DNA of 63,683 nt, filler included, from Anaerolineae bacterium (GTDB lineage Bacteria; Chloroflexota; Anaerolineae; Epilineales; Epilineaceae), in the NCBI GenBank assembly GCA_029262755.1. It is 6 parts of 6 records of this genome, joined end to end, with 100 filler letters (N's around TTAATTAATTAA, not from the genome) between each part and the next. Parts side by side here need not be neighbours in the genome. Positions count along the whole stretch, not along the records: positions 13,221 to 33,200 come from JAJCYU010000323.1; positions 33,301 to 44,720 come from JAJCYU010000328.1; 4 more parts are not named here. One strand, written 5' to 3'. Below, one piece after another: positions 29,975-40,973 of the stretch. Below the pieces are notes generated by a model. That model ran no database searches, was not told the origin of the DNA, and saw only the letters and a list, made by a program, of their open reading frames with translations. Positions within the stretch are counted from its first letter, which is position 1, and every line of letters starts with the position of its first letter. The position numbers and the translations under genes were made by a program.

Positions 29975-32900
29975 ATGGACGTCTCGCCCCGACCGAACCG
30001 GACCGCCACCCTACATCGACCTCGCCTCTTCGGCCGGTGGGCGACGTGGTCGTTCGACCTATCGCTTCCAAGCGCCGTAGAGCACCGCCTGCGCGACTCG
30101 AGCGCCACGGCATGGGCACGTCGTTCTCCGCGCCCGCTCCTCGCCGCGCTCTTCGCGCTGTGTGTGCTTGCAGCGAGCGCCACGGGCGTCGCGGCGCAGG
30201 GTGAGCGCTGGCGGCTGCTTGAAACGTGGGGCGACGAACCACCGGTGACCGCCGTCACGGCCTTGGAGTGGCCCACGGGCAACATCCCGGGCGGGCTGGG
30301 GTCCGATTGGGCCGGTGGCACGGTGTACGTGTGCGACCACACGGCGGGGCACGTGCGCATCTATGACGTGAACGGCAGCTTTGTCGGGCTCTTGAACGAC
30401 GAGACCGGCAGCCCCTACGTCTTTGACGAGCCGCGCGACGTCGTCCCCTTCCGCGCGGATCCCGCGGACCCGGCATCGTTGCTCGTGATGGTTAGCGAGG
30501 GCGGCGCCGACCGGGTCTTGACTATCGACGCCACGGGTGCCGTGGTGGAGTCGCTGGACATCGCCGACCCGGTCGGAGTGATGGTCCGCGACGGCTCGCG
30601 TTGGGTCGTGAGTCGGGCGGATCGAATCCTCCACCGCTTCACCACGATCGGCGGCCCGGTCCGTGACCGGATCGACCTCGTGGGCGCGGTCGCGCCGGAG
30701 CGCGTGGCGATCGACTGGCGCGTCGACGACGACGTTCAGTTGCTCGTCGCCGACCCTGGCTTGCGTTCGCCGCTGGCCGTACGCGATCGGGGTGTCGAGC
30801 CCTGGCGCTTCGGCCGCGGCGACGTCGATCCGGGCTTGCGTGGTCTGACCGCCGTGCCGGCGCGGGACCCGCGCGGCGTTCTTCGCCAGTACGTCCTGGC
30901 CGCCGGTCCGGACGGGGTCGTCCAAATCGACGACGACGCGCGGCCGGGAGCCGTGATCTCCTTTGTCCGCACCCACGACGTGGAGCTCTACTTCGCGGAA
31001 GGAACGAGCCTCGTTTTCGCCACCGTCGAACCGCAGGGGCTGGTGAGCCTCGGGACCCTCGACGATGTGCTGCGCTACACGGCGACCTCGCTACAGACCT
31101 TCACCAGGCCGCGCCGGATCGCGGTGGATGACCTGGTGCTCCTGAGCGAGGACAGTCCGCGCGCGCAGGTGCTGCGCCGCACGCGCGAGGTCATCGCGCG
31201 GATTCAGCTCTCCCGCGCCCCCAATCCCGCCCTGCCCGTTCGGGACGTCGCAACCTCGGGCGGAGACGGATTCTTGCTCACCGGAACCTTCGGCGGAGCG
31301 GTCACCCACATTCTCGAGGATCCCGGCGGACGCGGGGTGGTCGGCGGCAACCGCAACTGGATCGCCGAATCGCCCCGGATCATCACCGCAATCGACGCCG
31401 ACGAGCGAGGTCATCTCGCCCTGCTCGACGCGTTGAACCAGGAGGCCCTCGTCTTGGACTTCGTGGCGGGCAGCGAGCGCGCGGTCGACCTGCGCACGGC
31501 AAATTTCCGCGGCATCCTCGATCTGGCCTTCGGCCAAGAAAGGCTCTTTCTCGCCGATCAGGAGCGCTCCGCCGTCGAGGCTTGGTCCGACACCGGGGTG
31601 CACCTGTGGACCACGGAAATCGTGGGCGGTGTGGACGCGATCACCGCCGGACCGGTCGGAGACGTCTTCGCGCTCTCGGACAGCGGCTGGGCCACCCACC
31701 TATCCGCGGACGGATCGCTGCTCGGTAGCTGGCCCGCCGGAACGCCCGCCGAGTCGCCAGCCGACATCGCGCACGGAGCCGACGGCCGTGTCTACGTCAC
31801 GGACTACATCCGGGACCTGCGCGTCTACGCCCGCGACCCGAGCGCACCGCCCCCGGGCGCACGCATCACGGGCGCGAGTCCCTGCGTGCTCCAGGGCGAC
31901 AAGGCCGCGGCACCCGATGAGATCCTGCTCGGCGAGACGATCGAGGTCTCCCTCGTGGTCGACGGGCGCTGCCCGGCCGAACGTGACGAGGCCAACGTGG
32001 CGCTCGTGATCGACCGCTCGGGCTCCATGCAGGGCGAAAAGATCATCGCCGCGCGAGACGCCGCTTTTACCTTCGCCGCGCGCACCGATCCCGCGCTGGT
32101 CAAAATCGGCATCGTTCCCTTCAACAACACGTCGAACGTGGACCACCCCATTCGCGATCCCGACCGCAGGGCGATGGCCGGGGTGCTCGGCGCGCTGAGC
32201 GCGGGCGGCGGCACCGACATCAGCGGCGCGTTGGAAGCGGCCATCGCAGAGCTTAGCCAGGCGCGTCGACCCAATGCGAAACGGGTCATCGTGCTGCTTT
32301 CCGACGGTCGGCACAATGGTGCGGGCGACCTGAGAGCCGTCGCAGCGGGAGCACGACAGTCGGGCCATCTGATCTATACGATCGCCCTCGGCGGTGACGC
32401 CTACGAGTCGGAGCTGAAGGCCGTCGCGGGCGACGACGATCGCTACTACTTCTCGCCTTCCCCCTTCGACCTGCTCAACATCTACCGCGAGATCGCCCTG
32501 CGCGTCGAGGCCGACACACTCTTCCGCAGTGCGGAACTCGTGGATGTAGTCCCCGCGAACATGGAATACGTTGTCGGCTCGGGGAGCCCAGTTGAGCCTG
32601 CCTGGGACTCCGTCGACAGCACCCTTACCTGGACCTTCGCCGACCTCCCCGAACCCGGATTCCGGGTGCGCTACTCGCTACGTCCGCTGGAGGAAGGCAC
32701 CCACCCGACCAACGTGCGCGCCGATGTCGAATTCATCGACGGTTTCGGACACGCAGGCCGCGTCGAGATGCCCGTGCCGATCGTACGCGTCCTGCGTCCT
32801 GGCGATCCGACGGGGACGCCGTGGACTCCGCAACCAACACCGACCGACGGCCCCTCGCCAACGCCCACGCTCACGCCGCCGGTTGGAGCAACGTCGATCC

Positions 32901-33200
32901 CCGCGACGGCCACGGCGACGCGTACACCGGCGGCCACGACGGCGGCTACCACGGCCCCCACGCGCGCGCCGACGCCCTCGGGTACGCCCACGCCCTCCGC
33001 GACCCCGCTCGTCGGCGGAGGCTCGGCCACGCCGCCCGGCCCAGGCGCAAGCGCGACGCCCGATCTTGTTGCGAACCGGATCTATCTACCAGTGATCGTG
33101 CATGAAAGCTGCACGACGATGCGCCGCCTAGTCGATGTCGTGCTCGTCGTGGACGCCTCCACAAGCATGCGCGACACGCGCAACGCCGCGGGGCGCTCGC
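29975..33200 (+). CDS. Secreted NHL-like beta-propeller + VWA domain protein (3' partial)
   Basis: MIDAS motifs VIDRSGSM, GGTDI, LLSDG; second VWA start VVDASTSM; Pro/Thr linker and IYLPVIV motif. Confidence 0.85.
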
Positions 33201-33300
33201 NNNNNNNNNNNNNNNNNNNNNNNNNNNNNNNNNNNNNNNNNNNNTTAATTAATTAANNNNNNNNNNNNNNNNNNNNNNNNNNNNNNNNNNNNNNNNNNNN
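33201..33300. other. Artificial contig spacer
   Basis: N44-TTAATTAATTAA-N44. Confidence 0.99.
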
Positions 33301-33301
33301 A

Positions 33302-34219
33302 GAAGCACGCTGTCCGAACATCGGGGAGTGTTGGGGCGCCGGCACGGCAACATTCTTGATCCTAGGCGAGGTGTGCACGCGCAGTTGCGGCTTTTGCGCC
33401 ATTCAAACCGGTCGACCGGGTTTGTTGGACGTGCTGGAGGCCGAGCGCGTCGCACAAACCATCGGCCGGATGGACCTTACGCATTGCGTGATCACATCGG
33501 TCAATCGCGACGAGCTGCCGGACGGCGGGGCGGCGATCTACGCGCGCACGATAACCCGCGCACGGGAGCTTTCGCCTCAAACTTCGCTCGAGGTGTTGAT
33601 CCCCGACTTTCTCGGAGATCGCGGTGCGCTGCAGGTCGTCATGGACGCCGCTCCGGAGATCCTCAATCACAATCTGGAGACCGTACCTCGCCTCTACGGC
33701 ACGGTGCGTCCCCAGGCTATCTACCAACGATCGTTGGACGTGCTCAGCAGAGCCAAGGAGATGGACCCCACGGTGCTGACCAAGACCGGCATCATGGTCG
33801 GTCTCGGCGAGACGTGGGACGAGGTTGAGACGCTCATCGCCGATCTGGTCGCGATCCAAGTCGATATCCTGACCGTCGGACAATACCTGCGCCCCTCGGA
33901 ACAGCATCTGCCGATCCATCGCTATTGGCGGCCGGAGGAGTTCGAGCGGCTGCGCGATCGCGGCTTGGCGTTGGGTTTACGTTGGGTGGAGGCCGGACCA
34001 CTCGTGCGCAGCTCCTATCGCGCGGAGCAACAAGTGGCACGGCTCAGCCGGCGCAGCCCACACGACGGGCAGCGCCGCTCTACCGCGGAGTTGCGGATGC
34101 TGGCCCGCGAGGACGAGAACGTGAACGGGAACGAGTACGGGCTCCGGGACAAGGACGGGGACGTACCCACGATCGGCGCGTCGGCGACGACGGAGCATGC
34201 AGCCGACGCTACGGATTGA
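33302..34219 (+). CDS. lipA: Lipoyl synthase (5' partial)
   Basis: [11 protein letters not shown], radical-[31 protein letters not shown]. Confidence 0.96.
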   Translation, partial: EARCPNIGECWGAGTATFLILGEVCTRSCGFCAIQTGRPGLLDVLEAERVAQTIGRMDLTHCVITSVNRDELPDGGAAIYARTITRARELSPQTSLEVLIPDFLGDRGALQVVMDAAPEILNHNLETVPRLYGTVRPQAIYQRSLDVLSRAKEMDPTVLTKTGIMVGLGETWDEVETLIADLVAIQVDILTVGQYLRPSEQHLPIHRYWRPEEFERLRDRGLALGLRWVEAGPLVRSSYRAEQQVARLSRRSPHDGQRRSTAELRMLAREDENVNGNEYGLRDKDGDVPTIGASATTEHAADATD

Positions 34220-34288
34220 CGTGAGCGTCCTGGTCCGCGGTGGCGAGGTACCGGCGCGCCCTTTCCGCGAACCCGAAGCACGGCTGCG

Positions 34289-35200
34289 ATGGACGACAGA
34301 ACGTACGGTGCACCGACTTGGGCGTCGCCGCCCGTGACTCCGTCTCCCGACGCACCCGTCGATCTGCACGCGCATACGACCGCGAGCGACGGCGCCCTCG
34401 ACCCGGCGGCGCTGGTGGCCCTCGCAGCGGAGCGGGGGCTGGCTGCGCTCGCGCTCACCGACCACGATACGACAGCCGGCTACGACGAAGCGTGCGCGGC
34501 CGGAACGACGCTCGGCGTCGAGATTATCGCGGCGGTCGAGATCAACACGACCGATGCGCAAGGCGGGCACACGGACATCCTCGGCTACCTGCTGAACGTT
34601 CGCGACCGGCCCCTCCAATCCCTCCTCTCCGACATCCGCGATGCGCGGATCGTGCGCGCGCAGCGAATGGTCAGCTTGCTCCAGGCCTTGGGCGCGCGGC
34701 TCGACTACGAGGACGTGCTCCGGCACGCGGGCACCGGTGCGGTGGGGCGCCCGCACGTGGCGCGTGCCCTGGCGGAAGCCGGATTCGTGGATTCGGTCGG
34801 CGCCGCGTTTCAGCGCTATATCGGCAACGACGGGCCCGCATACGTGGACCGGTTCAAGATCACACCGGCCGAGGCGTGCCGTGTGGTCCGCGCGGCCGGC
34901 GGCGTGCCCGTCGTTGCCCATCCGGTGCCGCCACGCGATCCATTCAGCGATCCCAAGAAGCTGCGCAGCTATCTCGGGCCCTTGGTCGATGCAGGTCTTG
35001 GCGGTCTGGAATGCCGCTACCCTGGCTACCGCGCCGGCGTTGTGCGTTGGTTGGAATCGCTGGCGTCATTCTTCGAACTCGTGCCGACCGGCGGCAGCGA
35101 CTTTCATGGCCCGTGGCGGCCGGAAAACGCCCTGGGCGGTGTCTTGGTGCGCTACGAGACCATCACGCGCTTGCGCGATGCAGCCCATGTCGTCGCCTGA
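34289..35200 (+). CDS. PHP-domain metal-dependent phosphoesterase (TrpH/YciV-like)
   Basis: DLHAHTTASDG, LTDHDT, GRPHVA, AHP, TGGSDFHG. Confidence 0.92.
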   Translation: MDDRTYGAPTWASPPVTPSPDAPVDLHAHTTASDGALDPAALVALAAERGLAALALTDHDTTAGYDEACAAGTTLGVEIIAAVEINTTDAQGGHTDILGYLLNVRDRPLQSLLSDIRDARIVRAQRMVSLLQALGARLDYEDVLRHAGTGAVGRPHVARALAEAGFVDSVGAAFQRYIGNDGPAYVDRFKITPAEACRVVRAAGGVPVVAHPVPPRDPFSDPKKLRSYLGPLVDAGLGGLECRYPGYRAGVVRWLESLASFFELVPTGGSDFHGPWRPENALGGVLVRYETITRLRDAAHVVA

Positions 35201-35288
35201 ACGGACGACGGCTCCCGCCGTCCCCGCTGTCGCCACCTCCGTGGCCGCCGCCCGCGCTCCTCAGCCCGCGACGTCCGCTCGCGGCTCT

Positions 35289-36419
35289 ATGTCCCGCCCG
35301 CAGCTTGTGCTCGGCATCGAGACGTCGTGTGACGAGACGGCCGCGTCCGTCGTCGAGGACGGTCGCATCGTGCGGTCCAACGTGATCGCCAGCCAGGCCG
35401 AACTACACGCGCCCTACGGCGGGGTCTTCCCGGAAGTCGCCTCGCGCCAGCACGTGCGCGACATCGTGCCCGTCCTGCGGCAAGCATTGGACGAGGCGAG
35501 CGTGCGCTTGGACCAACTCTCGGGAATCGCGGTCACGAGGGGTCCCGGTCTCTCCGGTGCGCTCCTGGTCGGCCTGAACGCGGCCAAGGGCCTTGCTTTG
35601 GGGTCCGGACTTCCATTGGTCGGGGTCAACCATCTGGGCGGCCATCTCGCCAGCCAGTGGCTGCACCACGACGGCGTGTTGCTAAGCCCCGACGTTGTCG
35701 CCTCTTTGGGGGGGCTCCACGCGATTCCATCGCCGCCGACACCGCATCTCGCGCTTGTCGTGAGCGGCGGCCACACCGACCTGGCTCTCGTGCACGAGCG
35801 TGGCCGCGTCACGCGCCTCGGCGGAACGATGGACGACGCTGCCGGCGAGGCCTTTGACAAAGCTGCCCGCATGATGGGGCTTGGCTATCCGGGCGGGCCC
35901 GCGATCCAGGCGGCGGCCGCCGACGGTGACGATCGTCGGTTCAAACTTCCGGTCGGCCGCACGCCGCTACCGCTCGACTTCAGCTTCAGCGGGCTCAAGA
36001 CGGCCGTCCGCCGCACGGTCGAACGCCTCGGCGGCGACCCCGATGCCGGCCGAGGCTCCGCAAAGGCCGTCGAACCGGCTGAAGCTGTGGGTTCTGAACT
36101 TCCTGTCGCCGACCTGGCCGCTTCCTTTCAGCGCGCGGTCGTCATCGCCCTGATCGGCCGGATCGGGATCGCGGCAACACAATATCCGCAGATTCGGGCG
36201 GTCTGCGTTTCCGGTGGCGTCTCGGCCAACCATGCGCTTCGTACGGCGCTCACGACGTGGGGCGCAGAGCACGAGTTGCCTATTCTCCTGCCACCCCTCG
36301 TGCTGTGCACGGACAACGCCGCCATGATCGCAGCCGCCGGCGCCCACGGCCTTGCGACGGGCAGCGACGACGGCGTCGAGCTCGACATCGCAGTGGGGCT
36401 TGCGATCGACGTCACGTGA
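35289..36419 (+). CDS. tsaD: tRNA threonylcarbamoyltransferase TsaD (alternative start 35187)
   Basis: LGIETSCDETAA, PEVASRQH, GPGL, VSGGHT, DDAAGEAFDK, FSFSGLKT, CTDNAAMI. Confidence 0.95.
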   Translation: MSRPQLVLGIETSCDETAASVVEDGRIVRSNVIASQAELHAPYGGVFPEVASRQHVRDIVPVLRQALDEASVRLDQLSGIAVTRGPGLSGALLVGLNAAKGLALGSGLPLVGVNHLGGHLASQWLHHDGVLLSPDVVASLGGLHAIPSPPTPHLALVVSGGHTDLALVHERGRVTRLGGTMDDAAGEAFDKAARMMGLGYPGGPAIQAAAADGDDRRFKLPVGRTPLPLDFSFSGLKTAVRRTVERLGGDPDAGRGSAKAVEPAEAVGSELPVADLAASFQRAVVIALIGRIGIAATQYPQIRAVCVSGGVSANHALRTALTTWGAEHELPILLPPLVLCTDNAAMIAAAGAHGLATGSDDGVELDIAVGLAIDVT

Positions 36420-36553
36420 CGGGCCGAGCACGGTGCTGCCTGCATGGGGCAACCGTGCAGCGGCTGGACCGAAACGGCGCAGCGCTCCAACATGCGTGAC
36501 GCACCCAGGCGCGGTATCCTCACGCCACGCGGACGTGGTCAAGGAAACAGGCA

Positions 36554-39500
36554 ATGGGCAATGCGCCAACGGGAACAGTCACGTTCCTGTTCACGGACAT
36601 CGAGGGCTCGACAGAGCGTTGGGAACGGCATCCCGACGGGATGGCCCGTGCCCTGGCGCGTCATGACGCCTTGCTTCGCGGCGCATGTGAGACGCGAGGC
36701 GGGTACGTGTTCAAGACCGTGGGCGACGCGATGTGCGCCGCATTCCCGACCGCCCTGGCCGCCGTGGAAGCCGCCGTCGACGGCCAGGTCGCGCTGCGCG
36801 ACGAGCCTTGGGCGGGATACGACGAGGGCTTCGAGCCACTGCGGGTGCGAATGGGGATCCACACCGGAGCGGCGCAAGAGCGCGACGGCGACTACTTCGG
36901 CCCTCCGCTAAACCGCTGCGCTCGGCTGCAAGCCGCCGGGCACGGCGGACAGGTGCTGCTGTCGCTTGCGGTGCAACAGCTTCTGCGGGACAAGCTTCCC
37001 GCGTCCGTTCGGCTACGTGACCTCGGCAAGCACCGCCTTCGGGACCTGCGGCATTCCGAGCACATATTCCAGGTCGTTGCGCTCGGGCTCGAAGACGTCG
37101 TGCAGCCATTGCAGACGCCCGAACAACTGCACGTCGGCGACCGGATCTTCATCGACGTGGAGGCCGAGCAGCGCAGCTTCGGCGAGGCCCTCGCCGCATT
37201 GCGCGCCGTGGTGCTCGATGCAGAGGTCAATGCGAGGCTGACGCCGGCGCAAGTACGCCAGATTATCGAGCATCGCCCGCGCGACGTGGACGCCTACCGC
37301 CTGAGTCGCGTCGCAGCCTGGAGCCAACCGCGGCACCGCGTGGACGGCCGATTCGTGGCGCTAGAACTACTCGTGGACCGCGGCGAGACGTCCGTGGAAG
37401 ATCGGTGGGAACCACCCGAGGCCCATTTCGAAGATCTCGGCCTGTTACTGGGCGAGATCCTGGATCCCGCGCTCGTGTTGCTCGGTCCGCCGGGGGCGGG
37501 CAAATCGACGTTGCTGAGGCGCTTCGAACTCGATACCGCGATTCAAGGTCTCGTAGAGTCCGATGGCTCCGTATGGAGCGCGGGCACGACTCCGATCACC
37601 TTCTATGTGCAGCTGAACCACTATCGGCCGGAGCAACGGGGCGGTCCGTTGCCTTCACCGGAGGAATGGTTGGTCGAATTGTGGCGCATGCGCTACCCAG
37701 ATCTGCCCGCACTCAGCCAACTGCTCGCCGCCGGTCGTATCGTGCTCTTGCTCGACGCGCTCAACGAGATGCCGATTGCCGGAGCAGGGGCATTCCGCGA
37801 AGGTCTCCTGCGCTGGAAGGACTTCGTGGGGAGGCTCGTGCACCGGTGGCCCGGCAATCGGGTGGTCATTAGCTGTCGCAGCTTGGATTACAGCCAGCCG
37901 CTCTCCACGCCGGCCCTGCGCGTACCGCAGGTGCGCATCGAAGCCCTGAACGATCAGCGCGTCCGTCACTTCTTGCAGCTCTATAGCCCACTGCATTGGC
38001 GGGGACTCTGGCGGCGACTCGAAGGGTCGCGCCAGCTGGATGTCATGCGGAGCCCATACTTCTTGCGCTTGCTGACCGACCAAGTCGAGGCTTCCGGAGA
38101 GATGCCCGAAGGCAGGGCCGGATTGTTCACCGGATTCGTACGCCAGACGATGCGACGGGAAGTGGAGCTGGAGCATCCACTCTTCGGGCCGGATACATTG
38201 GTCGCGGCGCGCGACATACGGCGCATCACGCACTGGAAGTGGCGCACGGACTACGAGCTGCCGGAACGCGGCGTGTTGTTGCCGAAGCTCTCCGAGCTGG
38301 CGTTTAGCATGCAATCGACGCGCGGAGGGACGGATTTGGCGCAAGTTCGGGTCTCCTACGACGAAGCGCTCCAGATGCTCGATGACGAGCATGCGCAAGA
38401 GATCGTTCAGGCCGGCGTCGCGATCAGCGTTTTGGACGAAGACCCTGCCTCCGACGAGGTGATGTTCGTCCACCAACTGGTGCAGGAGTACTTCGCCGCA
38501 CGGCGCATGGCCGTCTCGAACGAAATCGATAGGACCCGTGTTGAGTGGCGTGCCGGCCTCGCCAAGCCCGAACTCGAAGACCTGTTTGAATCCTTGGATC
38601 CGGCGGATCCCCTCCCAGGTCCCGCACAGACCGGTTGGGAGGAGACAGCGCTGCTGGCAGCGGCGATGGCCGATGACCCTTCCGCCTTTGTCGCTGCGCT
38701 GATGGAAACCAACTTGGCGCTTGCAGGCCGTGCGGCCGCCCAAACCGAGGTGGCTACGCGCCTCTCCGCGGACCTCCTAGAAGAACTGCGGGGCCGACTG
38801 GTTCGCCGCAGCCGATCTCCGGAAGCCGACTTGCGCGATCGGATTTTGTGCGGCTATGCGGTAGGCGACCTCGGTGACCCACGCTTCGAGCTGCGCGAGG
38901 GCCCCAATGGCCCCTATGCGCTGCCGCTGCTTGTGAGCATACCCGCCGGCGCGTACCCGATCGGGGAACATGGCCCCATCGAATGGGTCGGTGGGACGAG
39001 CGAAGCGCACGTGCCGCAGCATCCGGTGGAGCTCGCGGGCTTTGAGATCGGCGCATACCCCGTCACCAACGCGGAGTGGGCCTACTTCCTGGAGTCCGGC
39101 GGCTACGACGAGCCCCGCTACTGGGACACGGCGGTCGGTCGACGATGGCGACGTGGAGAAGGCACGTCTGCCGGCACCCATGCCGACTATCGCTACTGGC
39201 GCACGAAGCTGCTGGCCGAGCCGGAGTTGATGGATCGCTACATCGAGCACGGTGTCTGGGACCAACGGATCCGCTTGAAGTGGCTCGAACGGCTGCGGAT
39301 GAACGACGTAGAGTTCGAAGCCCATCTCGCGGAGCTCTACCCGGACACGCGCCATTCCGAGCCGCGCTTCTGGCGCGATGCGCGCTTCAACCACCCTGCG
39401 CAGCCGGTGGCGGGAATCTGCTGGTACGAGGCGCGGGCCTACGTCTGCTGGCTATCCGAGCAATCGGGTCGCGCGTTCCGTCTTCCAACGGAGGCAGAGT

Positions 39501-39907
39501 GGGAGGCCGCCGCGCGGGGGCCCCAGGGGCGCCCGTACGCCTGCGGCGATGCCTTCGATCGGGACATGGGCAACACCTTGGAGACCCACATTCGGCGCCC
39601 CACGCCGGTCGGCGTGTTCCCGCGCGGTGACACGCCGCAAGGGGTCAGCGATCTCACCGGCAACAACTGGGAATGGACGAGCAGTGCCTTTGGCGCAAGC
39701 ATCGATACACCGGAGTTCGGCTATCCCTACCGCATCGATGACGGACGCGAAGAACCGGACACCTCCGCGGACATCCGGCGGGTGGTGCGCGGTGGATCCT
39801 GGAACTTCAGCCACATCAACGCGCGGGCGGCGTTCCGGGTGAACGACCGTCCGGACGATCGCAGCAGCAACGGCGGCTTGCGTGTCGTCGCCAGCCTCGA
39901 GGCCTAG
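36554..39907 (+). CDS. Class III nucleotidyl cyclase - NACHT NTPase - FGE/sulfatase-modifying domain protein
   Basis: Cyclase motifs FTDIEGST, KTVGDA, RMGIHTG, DYFGPPLNRCAR; Walker A GPPGAGKST and Walker B LLLDALNE; FVHQLVQEYFAA; FGE motifs PVTNAEW, RLPTEAEWE, GNNWEW, RGGSW. Confidence 0.9.
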   Translation: MGNAPTGTVTFLFTDIEGSTERWERHPDGMARALARHDALLRGACETRGGYVFKTVGDAMCAAFPTALAAVEAAVDGQVALRDEPWAGYDEGFEPLRVRMGIHTGAAQERDGDYFGPPLNRCARLQAAGHGGQVLLSLAVQQLLRDKLPASVRLRDLGKHRLRDLRHSEHIFQVVALGLEDVVQPLQTPEQLHVGDRIFIDVEAEQRSFGEALAALRAVVLDAEVNARLTPAQVRQIIEHRPRDVDAYRLSRVAAWSQPRHRVDGRFVALELLVDRGETSVEDRWEPPEAHFEDLGLLLGEILDPALVLLGPPGAGKSTLLRRFELDTAIQGLVESDGSVWSAGTTPITFYVQLNHYRPEQRGGPLPSPEEWLVELWRMRYPDLPALSQLLAAGRIVLLLDALNEMPIAGAGAFREGLLRWKDFVGRLVHRWPGNRVVISCRSLDYSQPLSTPALRVPQVRIEALNDQRVRHFLQLYSPLHWRGLWRRLEGSRQLDVMRSPYFLRLLTDQVEASGEMPEGRAGLFTGFVRQTMRREVELEHPLFGPDTLVAARDIRRITHWKWRTDYELPERGVLLPKLSELAFSMQSTRGGTDLAQVRVSYDEALQMLDDEHAQEIVQAGVAISVLDEDPASDEVMFVHQLVQEYFAARRMAVSNEIDRTRVEWRAGLAKPELEDLFESLDPADPLPGPAQTGWEETALLAAAMADDPSAFVAALMETNLALAGRAAAQTEVATRLSADLLEELRGRLVRRSRSPEADLRDRILCGYAVGDLGDPRFELREGPNGPYALPLLVSIPAGAYPIGEHGPIEWVGGTSEAHVPQHPVELAGFEIGAYPVTNAEWAYFLESGGYDEPRYWDTAVGRRWRRGEGTSAGTHADYRYWRTKLLAEPELMDRYIEHGVWDQRIRLKWLERLRMNDVEFEAHLAELYPDTRHSEPRFWRDARFNHPAQPVAGICWYEARAYVCWLSEQSGRAFRLPTEAEWEAAARGPQGRPYACGDAFDRDMGNTLETHIRRPTPVGVFPRGDTPQGVSDLTGNNWEWTSSAFGASIDTPEFGYPYRIDDGREEPDTSADIRRVVRGGSWNFSHINARAAFRVNDRPDDRSSNGGLRVVASLEA

Positions 39908-40037
39908 ACCTCACGCTGACCCGCGACCGGCGCTTCACTCCGAGTAGGCGCGGACTCGGTTGCTCCGGCGTTGCGTCGGCGTCGATCCGGGCAAGCGAGC
40001 ACGATGCGTCGTCGTGAAAGCCTGCGCCGCCGCCCCG

Positions 40038-40973
40038 CTACTCCGGCTCCGGCCCACCCTTGAGATAGGGCGCGATCGCCGCCGTGATCGCCGCCCATTC
40101 CGGAAGCGAGAGCGTCTGCGCGCGCCGCGCATGGTCGACGCTTGCGACGGCCAGGGCGTCCTCGATCTCGCCCGTAGTGCGGTCCAGCCCGTTCGCGAGG
40201 CTATTGCGAAGTTGCTTGCGCTTCTGGCCGAAGCCGGCGCGCACGACCCGGAAGAACTGCTCCGTGTCCTCGACGTCGACCGGCGGGACCGGGTGAACGT
40301 CTAGGCGCACGACCGCGGAATCGACACGCGGTCGCGGGTGGAAAGCTCCGGCAGGCACGACGGCGACGCGCGATGGACGCGCGTAGAACTGGGTGGCGAT
40401 GGAGAGAATGCTGTGCTCCCCTTCGCCGGTCATCATGCGATCCGCGACCTCGCGCTGGACCATCACGACGGCGCGCTCGGGGCGAATGCGCGCCTCGAAC
40501 ACGTGGCGCAGCACGGCCGACGTAATGTAGTAGGGAAGGTTCGCTACCACCTTGTAGCCGGGAACTACGCCTTCAGTCGGGGCGCCGGCGGGAAGAACTT
40601 CGGCCAGCAACGCGGCCAGATCTGTGCGCAGGACATCGCCGTCTACGATTCGTAGATGAGGACGGGAACCGAGTCGTTCGCGCACGATCGCCAGCATAAT
40701 GGGATCGATCTCTACGGCGACCACCTGTCCAGCGAGATCGGTCAGCACTTCGGTGAGCACGCCCAGACCGGGCCCGACCTCCAAGACCGTGTCCGACGGA
40801 CCGAGCTCCGCGGCCCTGACGATCCGCGCGAGGTAGGATCGATCGACCAAGAAATGCTGGCCGAGGCCCTTGCGCGGTCGGATCCCGTGGCGGCGCAGCA
40901 GCTCAGCCGGTCGTGGAATTCGCAGCTGCGCCGGATCGACGCCGTCCGGAAGGGGTGTCTGGTCTGCGCTCAT
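40038..40973 (-). CDS. rsmA: 16S rRNA dimethyladenosine transferase
   Basis: LGQHFL, LEVGPGLG, VANLPYYIT, MVQREVA, PRVDSAV, QKRKQL; ATGA overlap with the upstream gene. Confidence 0.96.
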   Translation of the reverse strand: MSADQTPLPDGVDPAQLRIPRPAELLRRHGIRPRKGLGQHFLVDRSYLARIVRAAELGPSDTVLEVGPGLGVLTEVLTDLAGQVVAVEIDPIMLAIVRERLGSRPHLRIVDGDVLRTDLAALLAEVLPAGAPTEGVVPGYKVVANLPYYITSAVLRHVFEARIRPERAVVMVQREVADRMMTGEGEHSILSIATQFYARPSRVAVVPAGAFHPRPRVDSAVVRLDVHPVPPVDVEDTEQFFRVVRAGFGQKRKQLRNSLANGLDRTTGEIEDALAVASVDHARRAQTLSLPEWAAITAAIAPYLKGGPEPE

